From Elusimicrobiota bacterium (GTDB taxonomy: Bacteria; Elusimicrobiota; Elusimicrobia; Elusimicrobiales; UBA9959), in the NCBI GenBank assembly GCA_027340875.1, contig DAIENX010000105.1, forward strand, positions 1 through 42,866: 42,866 bases of DNA, in the 5' to 3' direction. Below are positions 1-9,574 of this stretch, piece by piece. A model generated the notes under the pieces. The model did not search any database. It saw only the letters and a program-made list of their open reading frames with translations, and had not been told where the DNA came from. Made by a program: the position numbers and the translations under genes. Every line of letters begins with the position of its first letter. Positions within the stretch are counted from its first letter, which is position 1.

Positions 1-1104
1 GCAGGCTTTCAGCGTCAGCAGCGCCTCGCTGACGTCGAGCCGCAGTATCTCCGGCGAGAGCGACCGGGGCCTGCCCGCGTTGTCGCGCTCGGTCCAGAGG
101 CGGGCGCAGACTCCCGGCGCGGTGCGGCCCGCGCGGCCGGCCCGCTGCTCCGCGGAGGCGGCGGAGATGTTCTCGGTGAAGAGGGTGTTGATGCCGCGCG
201 CCCCGTCGAAGCGGGCCACGCGGGCGAGGCCGCTGTCCACCACGGCCGTCACGCCGTCTATCGTCAGCGACGTTTCCGCTATATTGGTGGCGATTATGAC
301 CTTGCGTTCCGCACAAGGCGAGACCGCCGCGTCCTGGTCGCGCGGCTGCATCTCGCCGTGCAGCGGCCTGACGGCCAGGCCGGCCAGCGCCGGGCTCTTC
401 GCTATCTCGGAGGCGGTCCTGCTTATCTCGTAGGCGCCGGGCATGAAGACCAGCAGATGGCCGTCCTTCACCTGCGAGACTACCTGCGCGCAGGTCTTCG
501 CCGCCGCCTCCCAGGGCTTCAAGCGGGCCGTCTCCGGCGTGCAGTAGGCCACGGTCACCGGATAGGCGCGGCCCTCGGCCAGTATCGTCTCGCACGGCGC
601 CATGTAGGCGGCCAGCTTTTTCTCGTCGAGGGTGGCCGACATGACGACTACCAGCAGGTCCGGCCTGGGCCCGGCCTGCAGGGCCAGGCAGGCTGCCAGC
701 GTGATGTCCCCGTGTATGTGCCGCTCGTGGAACTCGTCGAGCACTATGGCTGAATATTTGGAGAGCTTAGGGTCCGAGACCAGCTCGCGCAGGAGTATGC
801 CTTCCGTCTCGAATATAATGCGCGTCTTCGGGCCGGTCCTGTCCTCGAAGCGCACCCGGTGGCCGACCTCCCCGCCGGACGAGCCGCCGCGCTCTTTGGC
901 CACCCGGTCGGACAGCATGCGCGCGGCGAGGCGCCGGGGTTCCAGGACCGCGACGCGGCCTTTAAGGCCGCAGGAGTCCAGCAGTATCTGCGGGACCTTC
1001 GTGGATTTGCCGGAGCCGGGAGGGGAGGAGACGATGAGCCGGCGGCTCTTGGCCGCGGCTTTGATTATCTCCGGCGCGCTGCGCTGTATCGGGAGCAGGC
1101 TCAC
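1..1104 (-). CDS. hrpB: ATP-dependent DEAH-box RNA helicase, HrpB/HrpA family (3' part runs off the window)
   Basis: Manual translation from GTG at 1104 (not in the ORF track). Motifs: PPGSGKST (Walker A), LEPRRLAAR, VRFED, TEGILLR, LDEFHER (DExH), MSAT, ATNIAETSLTI, QRAGRAGR, PEILRLD. Confidence 0.9.
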   Translation of the reverse strand, partial: MSLLPIQRSAPEIIKAAAKSRRLIVSSPPGSGKSTKVPQILLDSCGLKGRVAVLEPRRLAARMLSDRVAKERGGSSGGEVGHRVRFEDRTGPKTRIIFETEGILLRELVSDPKLSKYSAIVLDEFHERHIHGDITLAACLALQAGPRPDLLVVVMSATLDEKKLAAYMAPCETILAEGRAYPVTVAYCTPETARLKPWEAAAKTCAQVVSQVKDGHLLVFMPGAYEISRTASEIAKSPALAGLAVRPLHGEMQPRDQDAAVSPCAERKVIIATNIAETSLTIDGVTAVVDSGLARVARFDGARGINTLFTENISAASAEQRAGRAGRTAPGVCARLWTERDNAGRPRSLSPEILRLDVSEALLTLKAC

Positions 1105-1121
1105 GCCTATATTCTATGAAA

Positions 1122-1901
1122 TTACTGCTTCACGGACGGCAGCGCATCGGACGGCCAGTCGTATTCGGCCTCGGCCAGGAAGGCGGCGTGGTCGGAGACG
1201 TCCTTCCAAGGGCCTTCGTTCAGGACCTGCGCCTTGATCACCTTGAAGCCGCGCAGGTAGATGCGGTCCAGGGGGAAGACCGGCAGGGCCGCCGGGAAGG
1301 TGCGGAGCTTGCGGCCGTGCAGGTGAAGGCCCGCGTCCTTCATGGCCAGCGCTGTCTCCAGCACGTCCTTCTTGCCTTTGCGCCACTCGTTGAAGTCGCC
1401 GGCCACCACCACGGGCTCGTGGTCCGGCACCTCGCGCAGGATGAAGTCCCGTATCTTGCGGAACTGCTTGGCGCGGGAAAGGCAGAGCAGGCCCAGGTGC
1501 ACGCAGACGCAGTGCAGCGGCGGCTTGCCCTCCGGCAATTGTATCCTGGCGTACAACAGTCCCCGCTTCTCCACGCGGTTGGTGGAGATGTCCACCTTCT
1601 CCGACGCGAGTATCTGGAAGCGGGTCAGTATGGCGTTGCCGTGGTGGCCGGCGGTATAGACGGCGTTGCGGCCGTAGGCGTGGCTGAAGCCCGACAGCTC
1701 GGTCATGAACTCGTGCTGCGGTTTCTTCGGCCAGCCGAAATACTTCTCGGCGTGGCGCAGGTTCTGCCCGACCACCTCCTGCATGAAGACTATGTCCGCG
1801 CCGGAGGCGTGCACGCACTCGCGCAGCTCCGGCAGCGCGAAGCGCCGGTTCATCGCGGAGAAGCCCTTGTGGGCGTTTATCGTCAGCAGCGTAAGCTTCA
1901 T
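1122..1901 (-). CDS. Endonuclease/exonuclease/phosphatase (EEP) family protein, YbhP-like
   Basis: Motifs LTINAHKG, DIVFMQEV, GNAILTRF, VHL, GDFNEW, TFP...LDRIY, SDH. Confidence 0.9.
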   Translation of the reverse strand: MKLTLLTINAHKGFSAMNRRFALPELRECVHASGADIVFMQEVVGQNLRHAEKYFGWPKKPQHEFMTELSGFSHAYGRNAVYTAGHHGNAILTRFQILASEKVDISTNRVEKRGLLYARIQLPEGKPPLHCVCVHLGLLCLSRAKQFRKIRDFILREVPDHEPVVVAGDFNEWRKGKKDVLETALAMKDAGLHLHGRKLRTFPAALPVFPLDRIYLRGFKVIKAQVLNEGPWKDVSDHAAFLAEAEYDWPSDALPSVKQ

Positions 1902-1984
1902 ATCCCCCTGGGATATGATAACAAAAACTCCGGGAGCAGCGGTGATCCGGCCGCGGGCTAGGCTAATTTATGTAGAATTGCGGT

Positions 1985-2641
1985 ATGCAAGCCATGCCTC
2001 CCCTGGCCCTGCCGCCTACGACGGCCGCGGCTCCGCCCGACCCGCTCATAGGCATCCTTTTCAGCATGACGGCCGCGCTGCTGATAGCCGGCGCCGTGCT
2101 CTGGGGGCTCGCCAGGATAGGGGCCTCGCGCGGCAGGGTGATAAACCTGCCGGCGGGCTTCGTGACGGGGGCGGTCTCTTTCACGCTGCTTTACGCGCTC
2201 AACCGGCTGGCGCTGGCCAGCTGGCCCAGGACGGCGGTCGCGGCCGACGCGCTGCTGCTGGCCGCCGCGCTCGCCCTCCCCGCGCTCAGACTGGGCGGCA
2301 GGCGCATCCGCCTGAGCGCGGCAAGGACGCTGCGGGCCCGCAAAGGCCTGGGGCCAGCCCCGAAGCGCTCCGGTCTGCCGGGGCTCAAGAGGGCGGGGAA
2401 GCGGGCCCTTTCGGCCGCTGACCTCCAGCTCCGCATAGAGACGGCTAACCTGGAGAACATGCTCAAGATAGACCCGCTCAACACCTTCTGTCGGGAGCGG
2501 CTCAGCGAGCTGTACGAGAAGCAGGGGAAAATGGAGCAGGCGCTGGCGGCCGCGCGCGCCGCGGCCAAGCAGGACCCGACGGTGAAGAACCAGTGGCGGG
2601 TAGGGGAGCTGGAGGAAAAGCTCGGTCTGAAAGGACGCTGA
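1985..2641 (+). CDS. Hypothetical membrane protein with about 3 N-terminal TM segments and a C-terminal TPR-like motif
   Basis: Three hydrophobic stretches, then LKIDPLNTFCRERLSELYEKQGKMEQALAA (TPR-like). A -10 box lies upstream and a terminator downstream. Confidence 0.65.
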   Translation: MQAMPPLALPPTTAAAPPDPLIGILFSMTAALLIAGAVLWGLARIGASRGRVINLPAGFVTGAVSFTLLYALNRLALASWPRTAVAADALLLAAALALPALRLGGRRIRLSAARTLRARKGLGPAPKRSGLPGLKRAGKRALSAADLQLRIETANLENMLKIDPLNTFCRERLSELYEKQGKMEQALAAARAAAKQDPTVKNQWRVGELEEKLGLKGR

Positions 2642-2660
2642 GCGGCGCGTGAGCCGGAAG

Positions 2661-2694
2661 AAAAGCCCGGGGCGGGAGCTCCGGGTTTTTTTAT
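2661..2694 (+). terminator. Rho-independent terminator
   Basis: aaagcccggggc-ggga-gctccgggtttt hairpin followed by a T-run. Confidence 0.8.
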
Positions 2695-2829
2695 TGCGCG
2701 CCTCCTCGCGCCGGCCCGCCTTGCCCCGCCCGGCCGCGGAGTTCCCGGCCTCAGGGCTCCGGGGACTTTTATCCCGCGGCCCGTTATCTTTTATCAATCC
2801 TTGCATCCGAGTTCCCTCAAGTCGCGGGT

Positions 2830-2867
2830 TTGCATGCGGCAATACCGGGCCTTGCAAGCGGCAATAC
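2830..2867. promoter_or_regulatory. Tandem palindromic putative transcription-factor sites upstream of the hdr-mvh operon
   Basis: TTGCATGCGGCAATAC (2830-2845) and TTGCAAGCGGCAATAC (2852-2867): 15/16 identical, 22-bp period, each containing TTGC-N5-GCAA. Confidence 0.55.
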
Positions 2868-3019
2868 GTCCGCTGTTTACCGTCACGGCGGAAGCGGCCG
2901 CATTTTGTTAGCATTTTTATGTCGGCAGTATGGGCGTTCCGGCCCGGGGTACTCCGACATGACCGCAAGGTCGGGGGGCGGGGGCGCTGCAACTGGGATA
3001 GCTATCTGGAGGTGGCCTC

Positions 3020-3613
3020 ATGCCGCTCGAACGGAAGATAAAATACGAAAAGGACTGCGACAGGGAGTTCGCGGACTGGGTCACGAGCCAGACCGGGGGC
3101 GAGAACCTGCGCCACTGCATACAGTGCGGCGTCTGCAGCGCCGCCTGTCCGCTGTCGCTGTACATGGACTACACGCCGCGCAGGCTCATCAACATGGCGC
3201 GCGCCGGCTTCAAGAAGGAGGTCCTCAGCTCCTTCACTATCTGGCTTTGCACCAGCTGCTACTCCTGCAGGGCCGAATGCCCCAAGCAGATAAAGGTCAC
3301 GGACATAATGTACCTGCTGAAGCGGCGGGCCATAGAGGAAGGCGTCTATCCGAAGCGCTTCCCGATACCGGTGCTCGCGCGCGAGTTCGGCAGGATGATC
3401 TTCACCTTCGGCCGCGTCGACGAGTCGCTGCTGGTGGCCAACCTCTTCCTGCGCACCAACTGGCTGCGGTTCCTCGACATGGCGGGCGTGGGCCTGGGCC
3501 TGATGCGGAAAGGGCGGATGTCCTTCGTGCCGCACGGCATCGAGGCCCGCGGCCAGCTCCGCAGGGTGCTGGAGGCCATAGATTCAGAGGAGAGCAAGGA
3601 GGCTGCGAAATGA
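3020..3613 (+). CDS. hdrC: Heterodisulfide reductase subunit C (2x[4Fe-4S])
   Basis: CIQCGVCSAACP and WLCTSCYSCRAECP motifs; SD ggagg upstream; position in the operon. Confidence 0.9.
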   Translation: MPLERKIKYEKDCDREFADWVTSQTGGENLRHCIQCGVCSAACPLSLYMDYTPRRLINMARAGFKKEVLSSFTIWLCTSCYSCRAECPKQIKVTDIMYLLKRRAIEEGVYPKRFPIPVLAREFGRMIFTFGRVDESLLVANLFLRTNWLRFLDMAGVGLGLMRKGRMSFVPHGIEARGQLRRVLEAIDSEESKEAAK

Positions 3614-4470
3614 GATACCAGTATTTTCCCGGCTGTTCGCTGAAGGGCTCCGGCCGGGCCTACGAGGAGTCCTTCCTGGCCGTGTTCAGGGCGCTCGGCG
3701 TCGAGGTCAGGGAGCTGGAGGACTGGAACTGCTGCGGCGCCACGGCCTATATGTCGGTGGACGAGACGAAGTCCTACGCGCTGGCCGGCCGCAACCTGGC
3801 TATAGCCGCCCGCGACAGGGCCGACGTGATGGCCCCGTGCAGCGCGTGCTACCTGGTGCTGAACAAGACCATGAGGGGCCTGGGCGAGAACCCGGAACTG
3901 AAGCGAAAGGTTACCGGCGCGCTGAAGGCCGGCGGCCTGGATTACCGGGAAGGCGTGAAAGTGCGGCATCCGCTGGACGTGCTGGTCAACGACATCGGCC
4001 TCGATGAGATCAGGAAGCGCGTCAAGAAGCCGCTGTCAGGGCTGAAGCTGGCCTCCTATTACGGCTGCCAGATAGTAAGGCCGTTCGCGACCTTCGACGA
4101 CCAGGACGACCCGGTTACGATGGACAGGCTGATGCAGGCCTGCGGCGCCGAGTGCGTGGACTGGCCGCTGAAGACCCACTGCTGCGGCGGCAGCCTGACC
4201 GGCACGCTGCCGGACGCGGGCCTGCGGCTCGCCTATATTATCCTTAATGAGGCCAAGAAACGGGGGGCCGCGGCCCTTGTTACGCCCTGCCCCCTCTGCC
4301 AGTTCAATCTTGACGCCTACCAGGGGCAGATGGCGGGAAAATTCGGGCGCCCGAACATGCCGGTGCTCTATTTCACGCAGCTGATAGGGCTGGCGATGGG
4401 CCTGGACGCCGACGAGCTGGGGATCGGGCGCGGGATAATACCCGCGCAAGCCGCCCTGGCGGGGAGATAA
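3610..4470 (+). CDS. hdrB: Heterodisulfide reductase subunit B (two CCG domains)
   Basis: Start MRYQYFPGCS overlaps the hdrC stop (ATGA). Motifs DWNCCGA...CSAC and YYGC...CCG...CPLCQFNLD. Confidence 0.93.
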   Translation: MRYQYFPGCSLKGSGRAYEESFLAVFRALGVEVRELEDWNCCGATAYMSVDETKSYALAGRNLAIAARDRADVMAPCSACYLVLNKTMRGLGENPELKRKVTGALKAGGLDYREGVKVRHPLDVLVNDIGLDEIRKRVKKPLSGLKLASYYGCQIVRPFATFDDQDDPVTMDRLMQACGAECVDWPLKTHCCGGSLTGTLPDAGLRLAYIILNEAKKRGAAALVTPCPLCQFNLDAYQGQMAGKFGRPNMPVLYFTQLIGLAMGLDADELGIGRGIIPAQAALAGR

Positions 4471-4472
4471 AG

Positions 4473-6473
4473 ATGCCGAAAAAAGACCATAAGACCAACG
4501 GCCTGCCCCGGGTAGGCTTCTACATCTGCCACTGCGGCAGCAACATAGCCGGCACGATCGACGTAGCCGCCGTGCGGGAGTACGCGGCCGGGCTGCCGGG
4601 CGTGGCGGTGGCGCGGGACTACAAGTACATGTGCTCGGACCCGGGCCAGGAGTTGATAGCCTCCGACATAGAGAAGTACGGCCTGGAGCGCATCGTCGTC
4701 TCCGCCTGCTCGCCGAACCTGCACGAGGAGACGTTCCGCAAGGCCGCCGCCAAGGGCGGGCTGAACCCGTTCCGGGTGCAGATGGTCAACATACGCGAGC
4801 ACGCTTCCTGGGTTCATACGGACAGGGCCTCCGCCACGGAGAAGGCGAAGGACCTCGCCCGCGCGGCCGTGGCGCGCGTCGTGCATCACAGGGCGCTGGA
4901 ACGCAAGCGCGTGCCGGTGGACCCGAACGTGCTGGTGGTAGGCGGCGGCATAGCCGGCATACACGCCGCGCTCACGCTGGCCAACGCCGGCAAGAAGGTC
5001 ACGCTGGTGGAGAAAGAGGCCACGATAGGCGGGCACATGGCCCTGTTCGACAAGACCTTCCCGACGCTGGATTGCGCGGCCTGCATCCTGACGCCGAAGA
5101 TGTCGGCCGTCAAGGCGCATCCGAACATCCGTCTCTGGACCTGGTCCGAGGTGGAGAAGGTGGAGGGCTACGTCGGCAACTACAAGGTGACCGTGAAGCG
5201 CAAGCCGCGCTACGTCAACGAGGACCTCTGCGTGGGCTGTATGGAATGCATAGACGCCTGCGTCTACAAGGAGCCCAAGTTCCACGACAAGTTCAACCAG
5301 GGCCTCGGAAAACGCAAGCCGGTCTATATAGACTTCCCGCAGGCTACGCCCAAGGTGGTGCTGGTGGACCCGGAGACCTGCCTGCAGCTCAAGACCGGGA
5401 AGTGCCAGAAGAAATGCGCCTCGGTCTGCGACCGCAACGCTTTCGATTTCGGGCAGAAGGAGCGGTCCGAGGAGATCCAGGTCGGCTCCATAGTGCTGGC
5501 CACGGGCTTCAGGACCTACGACGCGAAGAAGGACAAGCAGTACGGCTACGGCCGCTACCCGGGGGTCTACACGGCGCTGGAAGTAGAGCGCCTGGTGAAC
5601 GCCTCCGGCCCGACCTCCGGAGAGATAAAGCTGCGCGACGGGCGCGAGCCGAAGGCGGTGGGCATCATCCACTGCGTCGGGTCGCGCGACGAGAAGAGCA
5701 ATAAATGGTGCTCCCGCGTCTGCTGCATGTACTCGCTGAAGCTCGCGCACCTGATCAAGGAGCACTCGGGGGCGGAAGTGTACAACTTCTACATCGACAT
5801 GCGCGCCCCGGGCAAGGCCTACGAGGAGTTCTACGACAAGCTGCTGGGCGAGGGCGTGCACTTCGTGCGCGGCCGCGTCGCCGAGGTGACCGACTGGGCG
5901 GTGAGCCCGGAGGAGGAGGGCAAGCTCGTGATGCGCGTGGAGGACACGCTGGCCGGCATAGTGCGCAGGATCCCGGTGGACATGGTGGTGCTCTCCACGG
6001 GGCTGGAGCCCCAGGCGGACGCGCAGGAGGTGCGCCGCCGCTTCAACATAGGGTGCGGCAGCGAGGGCTTCTTCCAGGAGCGGCACCCAAAGCTGGCCCC
6101 CGTTAACACCTTCACCGACGGGGTCTACATAGCCGGGGCCTGCCAGGGCCCGAGGGACATCCCGGACACGGTGGCCCAGGCCGGGGCCGCCGCGGCCGAG
6201 GCGCTGGCGCTGATAGACGCCGGGCACGTAGAGCTGGAACCCAACACCTCCGCGGTGGCGGAAGCTGAGTGCAGCGGCTGTAAGACCTGCGTGCCGCTGT
6301 GCCCGTACGGCGCGGTATCGTTCGACGAGGCGAAGCGGAAGGCCGCGATCAACGAGGTGCTCTGCAAGGGATGCGGGGTATGCGCGGCGGCCTGCCCTTC
6401 GGGCTCCATAACGCAGAACCTGTTCGGCGACGATGAGATCTTCAGCGAGATCGAAGGAGTGCTTGCGAAATGA
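4473..6473 (+). CDS. hdrA: Heterodisulfide reductase subunit A (FAD/Fe-S, electron-bifurcating type)
   Basis: CHCGSNI, ACSP..HE, GGGIAG FAD motif, LFDKTFPTLDC, inserted ferredoxin, CVGSRD, CSRVCCMYSLK, C-terminal 2x[4Fe-4S]. Confidence 0.96.
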   Translation: MPKKDHKTNGLPRVGFYICHCGSNIAGTIDVAAVREYAAGLPGVAVARDYKYMCSDPGQELIASDIEKYGLERIVVSACSPNLHEETFRKAAAKGGLNPFRVQMVNIREHASWVHTDRASATEKAKDLARAAVARVVHHRALERKRVPVDPNVLVVGGGIAGIHAALTLANAGKKVTLVEKEATIGGHMALFDKTFPTLDCAACILTPKMSAVKAHPNIRLWTWSEVEKVEGYVGNYKVTVKRKPRYVNEDLCVGCMECIDACVYKEPKFHDKFNQGLGKRKPVYIDFPQATPKVVLVDPETCLQLKTGKCQKKCASVCDRNAFDFGQKERSEEIQVGSIVLATGFRTYDAKKDKQYGYGRYPGVYTALEVERLVNASGPTSGEIKLRDGREPKAVGIIHCVGSRDEKSNKWCSRVCCMYSLKLAHLIKEHSGAEVYNFYIDMRAPGKAYEEFYDKLLGEGVHFVRGRVAEVTDWAVSPEEEGKLVMRVEDTLAGIVRRIPVDMVVLSTGLEPQADAQEVRRRFNIGCGSEGFFQERHPKLAPVNTFTDGVYIAGACQGPRDIPDTVAQAGAAAAEALALIDAGHVELEPNTSAVAEAECSGCKTCVPLCPYGAVSFDEAKRKAAINEVLCKGCGVCAAACPSGSITQNLFGDDEIFSEIEGVLAK

Positions 6474-6970
6474 GTACCGTGAAATTCGAACCGAAGATAG
6501 TGGCGTTCTTCTGCAACTGGTGTACCTACACGGCGGCGGACCTCGCCGGCGTGTCGCGCCTGAAATACGCCCCCAACGTCCGCGTGATCCGGGTGATGTG
6601 CTCCGGCCGGGTGGACCCGCAGTTCGTGGTGGAGGCCTTCGCGAAAGGCGCCGACGGCGTGCTGCTGGGCGGCTGCCATCCGGGCGACTGCCACTACGCC
6701 GAGGGCAACTACAAGACCCTGCGCCGCATGAAGATGCTGGAACGGATGCTGAAGGCGATGGGCGTCGAGGACGGCCGCTTCCGGCTGGAGTGGATCTCCG
6801 GCGCGGAGGGGGACAAGGTCCGCTCCGTGGTCAACGAGATGACCGAGAAGGTCCGCTCCCTCGGCCCGCTGGACCTGCCCGGCAAGTTCAGGGAGTGGGA
6901 CAAGGAGATAGAGGAGTTGGAGGCCCGCGTGAAGGCCTCCGAGGCCGAGGAGGAGAAGATCCATGCCTGA
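6470..6970 (+). CDS. mvhD: F420-non-reducing hydrogenase [2Fe-2S] subunit D
   Basis: FCNWCTYTAADLAG, RVMCSGRV, GCHPGDCHY, WISGAEG. Confidence 0.95.
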   Translation: MSTVKFEPKIVAFFCNWCTYTAADLAGVSRLKYAPNVRVIRVMCSGRVDPQFVVEAFAKGADGVLLGGCHPGDCHYAEGNYKTLRRMKMLERMLKAMGVEDGRFRLEWISGAEGDKVRSVVNEMTEKVRSLGPLDLPGKFREWDKEIEELEARVKASEAEEEKIHA

Positions 6971-7928
6971 CAAGCCTAAGGTAGCTTTTTACTGGTGCGC
7001 GTCCTGCGGCGGCTGCGAAGAGGCTGTCGTGGACCTCGCCGAGGACATACTGAAGGTGGTGGAAGCCGTGGACATTGTGCTCTGGCCCGTGGCGATGGAC
7101 TTCAAGAAGGAAGACATCGAGGCCCGGGCGGACAAGTCCATAACGGTCTCCTTCATAAACGGGGCGGTACGCACCTCGGAGCAGGAGGAGTGGGCGCGCC
7201 TGCTCAGGAAGAAGAGCGCGTTCGTGATCTCCTTCGGGGCCTGCGCCAATTCCGGCGGGATCCCGGCCCTGGCCAACCAGTCCGCCAGGGAGGACATACT
7301 GAAGTACGTCTACGAGGACTGCCCCAGCGTGGAGAACCCGGCCAAGTCCCGCCCGGCCACCGCGCACGCGGAGGAGGGCCGGGCGCTCACGCTGCCCGAG
7401 TTCCGCGGCATGGTCCGGGCGCTGGACGAGGTCATCGACGTGGACTATTACCTTCCCGGCTGCCCTCCGACGCCCAAGCTGATACAGGAGGCCGTAGGCG
7501 CGCTGCTGACCGGGAACCTGCCGCCGAAAGGGACGGTGCTCTCGCCCGACGTGGCGCTCTGCGACCAGTGCAAGCGCAAGGATTCCAAGCCCGCCGACCT
7601 GTCGATAAAGGAGTTCAAGCGGCCGCACCAGGTGCAGATAGACCCGGAGAAGTGCATGCTGGCGCAGGGGCTGCTCTGCATGGGCCCGGCCACCCGCGCC
7701 GGCTGCGAGGCGCTCTGTCCCGGCGGCAACATGCCCTGCACCGGCTGCTTCGGGCCCACCTCCAAGGTGCGCGACCACGGCGCCAAGTTCATCTCGTCGG
7801 TGTTCTCCAACCTGGCGGCCAAAGAGCCGGGGGAGATCGACGCCGCGCTCGACGGCGTGCCGGACCCGGTAGGCACTTTCTACCGCTATGGCCTTGCCAA
7901 GAGCCTGCTGAGGCGCAAGATCAACTAA
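6963..7928 (+). CDS. mvhG: [NiFe]-hydrogenase small subunit (group 3c)
   Basis: CASCGGC, GACANSGGIP, PGCPP, LCMGPATRAGC...CP...PCTGCFGP. Confidence 0.92.
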   Translation: MPDKPKVAFYWCASCGGCEEAVVDLAEDILKVVEAVDIVLWPVAMDFKKEDIEARADKSITVSFINGAVRTSEQEEWARLLRKKSAFVISFGACANSGGIPALANQSAREDILKYVYEDCPSVENPAKSRPATAHAEEGRALTLPEFRGMVRALDEVIDVDYYLPGCPPTPKLIQEAVGALLTGNLPPKGTVLSPDVALCDQCKRKDSKPADLSIKEFKRPHQVQIDPEKCMLAQGLLCMGPATRAGCEALCPGGNMPCTGCFGPTSKVRDHGAKFISSVFSNLAAKEPGEIDAALDGVPDPVGTFYRYGLAKSLLRRKIN

Positions 7929-7939
7929 GGAGAAGGACA

Positions 7940-9454
7940 ATGGAAAAGACAGCCCAGGAAGTCTGGAACCAGGCGCACAAGAACGCGAACTCCGGCCGCC
8001 GCTCGGTCACGATAGACCCTATAACGAGGCTGGAGGGGCACGGCAAGATAGAGATCTTCATGAACGACAAGGGGGACGTGGACCGGGCTTACCTGCAGAT
8101 ACCGGAGCTGCGCGGCTTCGAGGTGTTCAGCAGGGGCCGCCCCGCCGAGGACATGCCGCAGATCACCTCGCGCATCTGCGGCGTCTGTCCGACGGCCCAC
8201 CATATGGCCTCGGCGAAGGCGCTCGACGACCTTTACGGCGTGGAATGCCACCCGGTGGGGCGCAAGATCAGGGAACTGGTCTATAACGCCTTCATGCTGG
8301 AGGACCACGCGATACACTTCTACATCCTGGGCGGGCCGGACTTCATCGTGGGGCCGGACGCGCCGAAGGAGCTGCGCAACGTGCTTGGCGTGATAGGCAA
8401 GGTCGGCCTGGACGTGGGCAAGAAGGTCATCTCGATGCGGCGGCGGATCAGGGAGATCATCAATTACGCCGGCGGCAAGGTGATACACCCGGTGATGGGC
8501 CTGCCGGGCGGGGTGGCCAAGGGCATCTCGGCGGAACAGCTCCCGGCCTTCAGGGAGATCGCGAAGGAAGGCCTCGAGTTCGCGCGGTTCACGCTGCAGG
8601 TCTTCCACGACATAGTCCTGAAGAACCCCGGATACGTGAACCTGATAACCTCCGACGCCTACACCCACAAGACCTACTACATGGGCCTGGTGGACGGGCA
8701 GAACAAGGTAAACTTCTACGACGGCGATATCCGCGTAGTGAACCCGGAGGGGAAGGAGTTCGCCCGGTTCCCCGTGAGGGACTACCTGCAGCATATAGCG
8801 GAGCACGTGGAGCCCTGGAGCTATATCAAGTTCCCTTTCCTTAAAAAAGTGGGCTGGCACGGCTTCGCGGAGGGAGGCTCCAGCGGGGTCTACGCCGTCG
8901 CCCCGATGGCGCGGCTGAACGTGGCCGACGGGATGGCCACGCCCGAGGCGCAGAAGGCCTACGAGGAGTATTTCCAGGTGCTGGGCGGCAAACCGGTGCA
9001 CCACACGCTGGCCAACCACTGGGCCCGCGTGGTCGAGATGCTGCAGGCCGCCGAGCGCATGGTGGAGCTCACTAACGATCCGGAAATAACGTCGAAGGAG
9101 TTCCGCACGCTGCCGACCAAGACCCCGGGACTCGGGGTTGGCGTGGTGGAGGCACCGCGCGGCACGCTGATACACCAGTACGAGACGGACGAGCGGGGGG
9201 TGATCACCAGGGCCAACCTGATAGTGGCCACGCTGAACAACTCCGCCCGCATAGCCATGAGCGTGGACAAGGCGGCCAAGGGGCTCATCAAGGGCGGGAA
9301 GGTGAACGACGGCCTGCTGAACATGGTGGAGATGGCCTTCAGGGCCTATGACCCGTGCTTCGGCTGCGCCACGCATACGCTGCCGGGCGAGATGCCGCTG
9401 CAGGTGACGCTGCGCACTATGAAGGGGGAGGTCATAAAGGAGATCTGGCGTTGA
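7940..9454 (+). CDS. mvhA: [NiFe]-hydrogenase large subunit (group 3c)
   Basis: ATG at 7940 after SD aggag. TRLEGHG, L1 RICGVC, EAPRG, L2 RAYDPCFGCATH followed by a cleavable C-terminal extension. Confidence 0.95.
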   Translation: MEKTAQEVWNQAHKNANSGRRSVTIDPITRLEGHGKIEIFMNDKGDVDRAYLQIPELRGFEVFSRGRPAEDMPQITSRICGVCPTAHHMASAKALDDLYGVECHPVGRKIRELVYNAFMLEDHAIHFYILGGPDFIVGPDAPKELRNVLGVIGKVGLDVGKKVISMRRRIREIINYAGGKVIHPVMGLPGGVAKGISAEQLPAFREIAKEGLEFARFTLQVFHDIVLKNPGYVNLITSDAYTHKTYYMGLVDGQNKVNFYDGDIRVVNPEGKEFARFPVRDYLQHIAEHVEPWSYIKFPFLKKVGWHGFAEGGSSGVYAVAPMARLNVADGMATPEAQKAYEEYFQVLGGKPVHHTLANHWARVVEMLQAAERMVELTNDPEITSKEFRTLPTKTPGLGVGVVEAPRGTLIHQYETDERGVITRANLIVATLNNSARIAMSVDKAAKGLIKGGKVNDGLLNMVEMAFRAYDPCFGCATHTLPGEMPLQVTLRTMKGEVIKEIWR

Positions 9455-9464
9455 AGACGACGCA

Positions 9465-9523
9465 GGCGGGGTACGTGCGCAAGGCCCGGGGGGAGTGAGG
9501 AGGGCCCGAGGCGCGTCCCCGCC
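9465..9523 (+). other. Stem-loop just downstream of mvhA (possible 3' stabiliser)
   Basis: ggcgggg(t)acgtgc pairs with gcgcgtccccgcc; inner ggccc/gggcc; no U-tract. Confidence 0.45.
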
Positions 9524-9574
9524 GCCGGAGTGGATTGCCTGGCTGTATATGAATGGAACGGGTAATGAGGCTGT

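Noticed and set aside
2978..2995. GGGGCGCTGCAAC resembling the SAH riboswitch core
   Set aside because: The downstream CCAGGCTC and pseudoknot AACGGCGC segments are absent, and it precedes hdrC rather than ahcY.
2830..9454. Long N-terminal extensions of hdrB (from 2830) and mvhA (from 6995) in the ORF track
   Set aside because: They overlap real genes in other frames. True starts with SD or coupling are at 3610 and 7940; these are high-GC artefacts.
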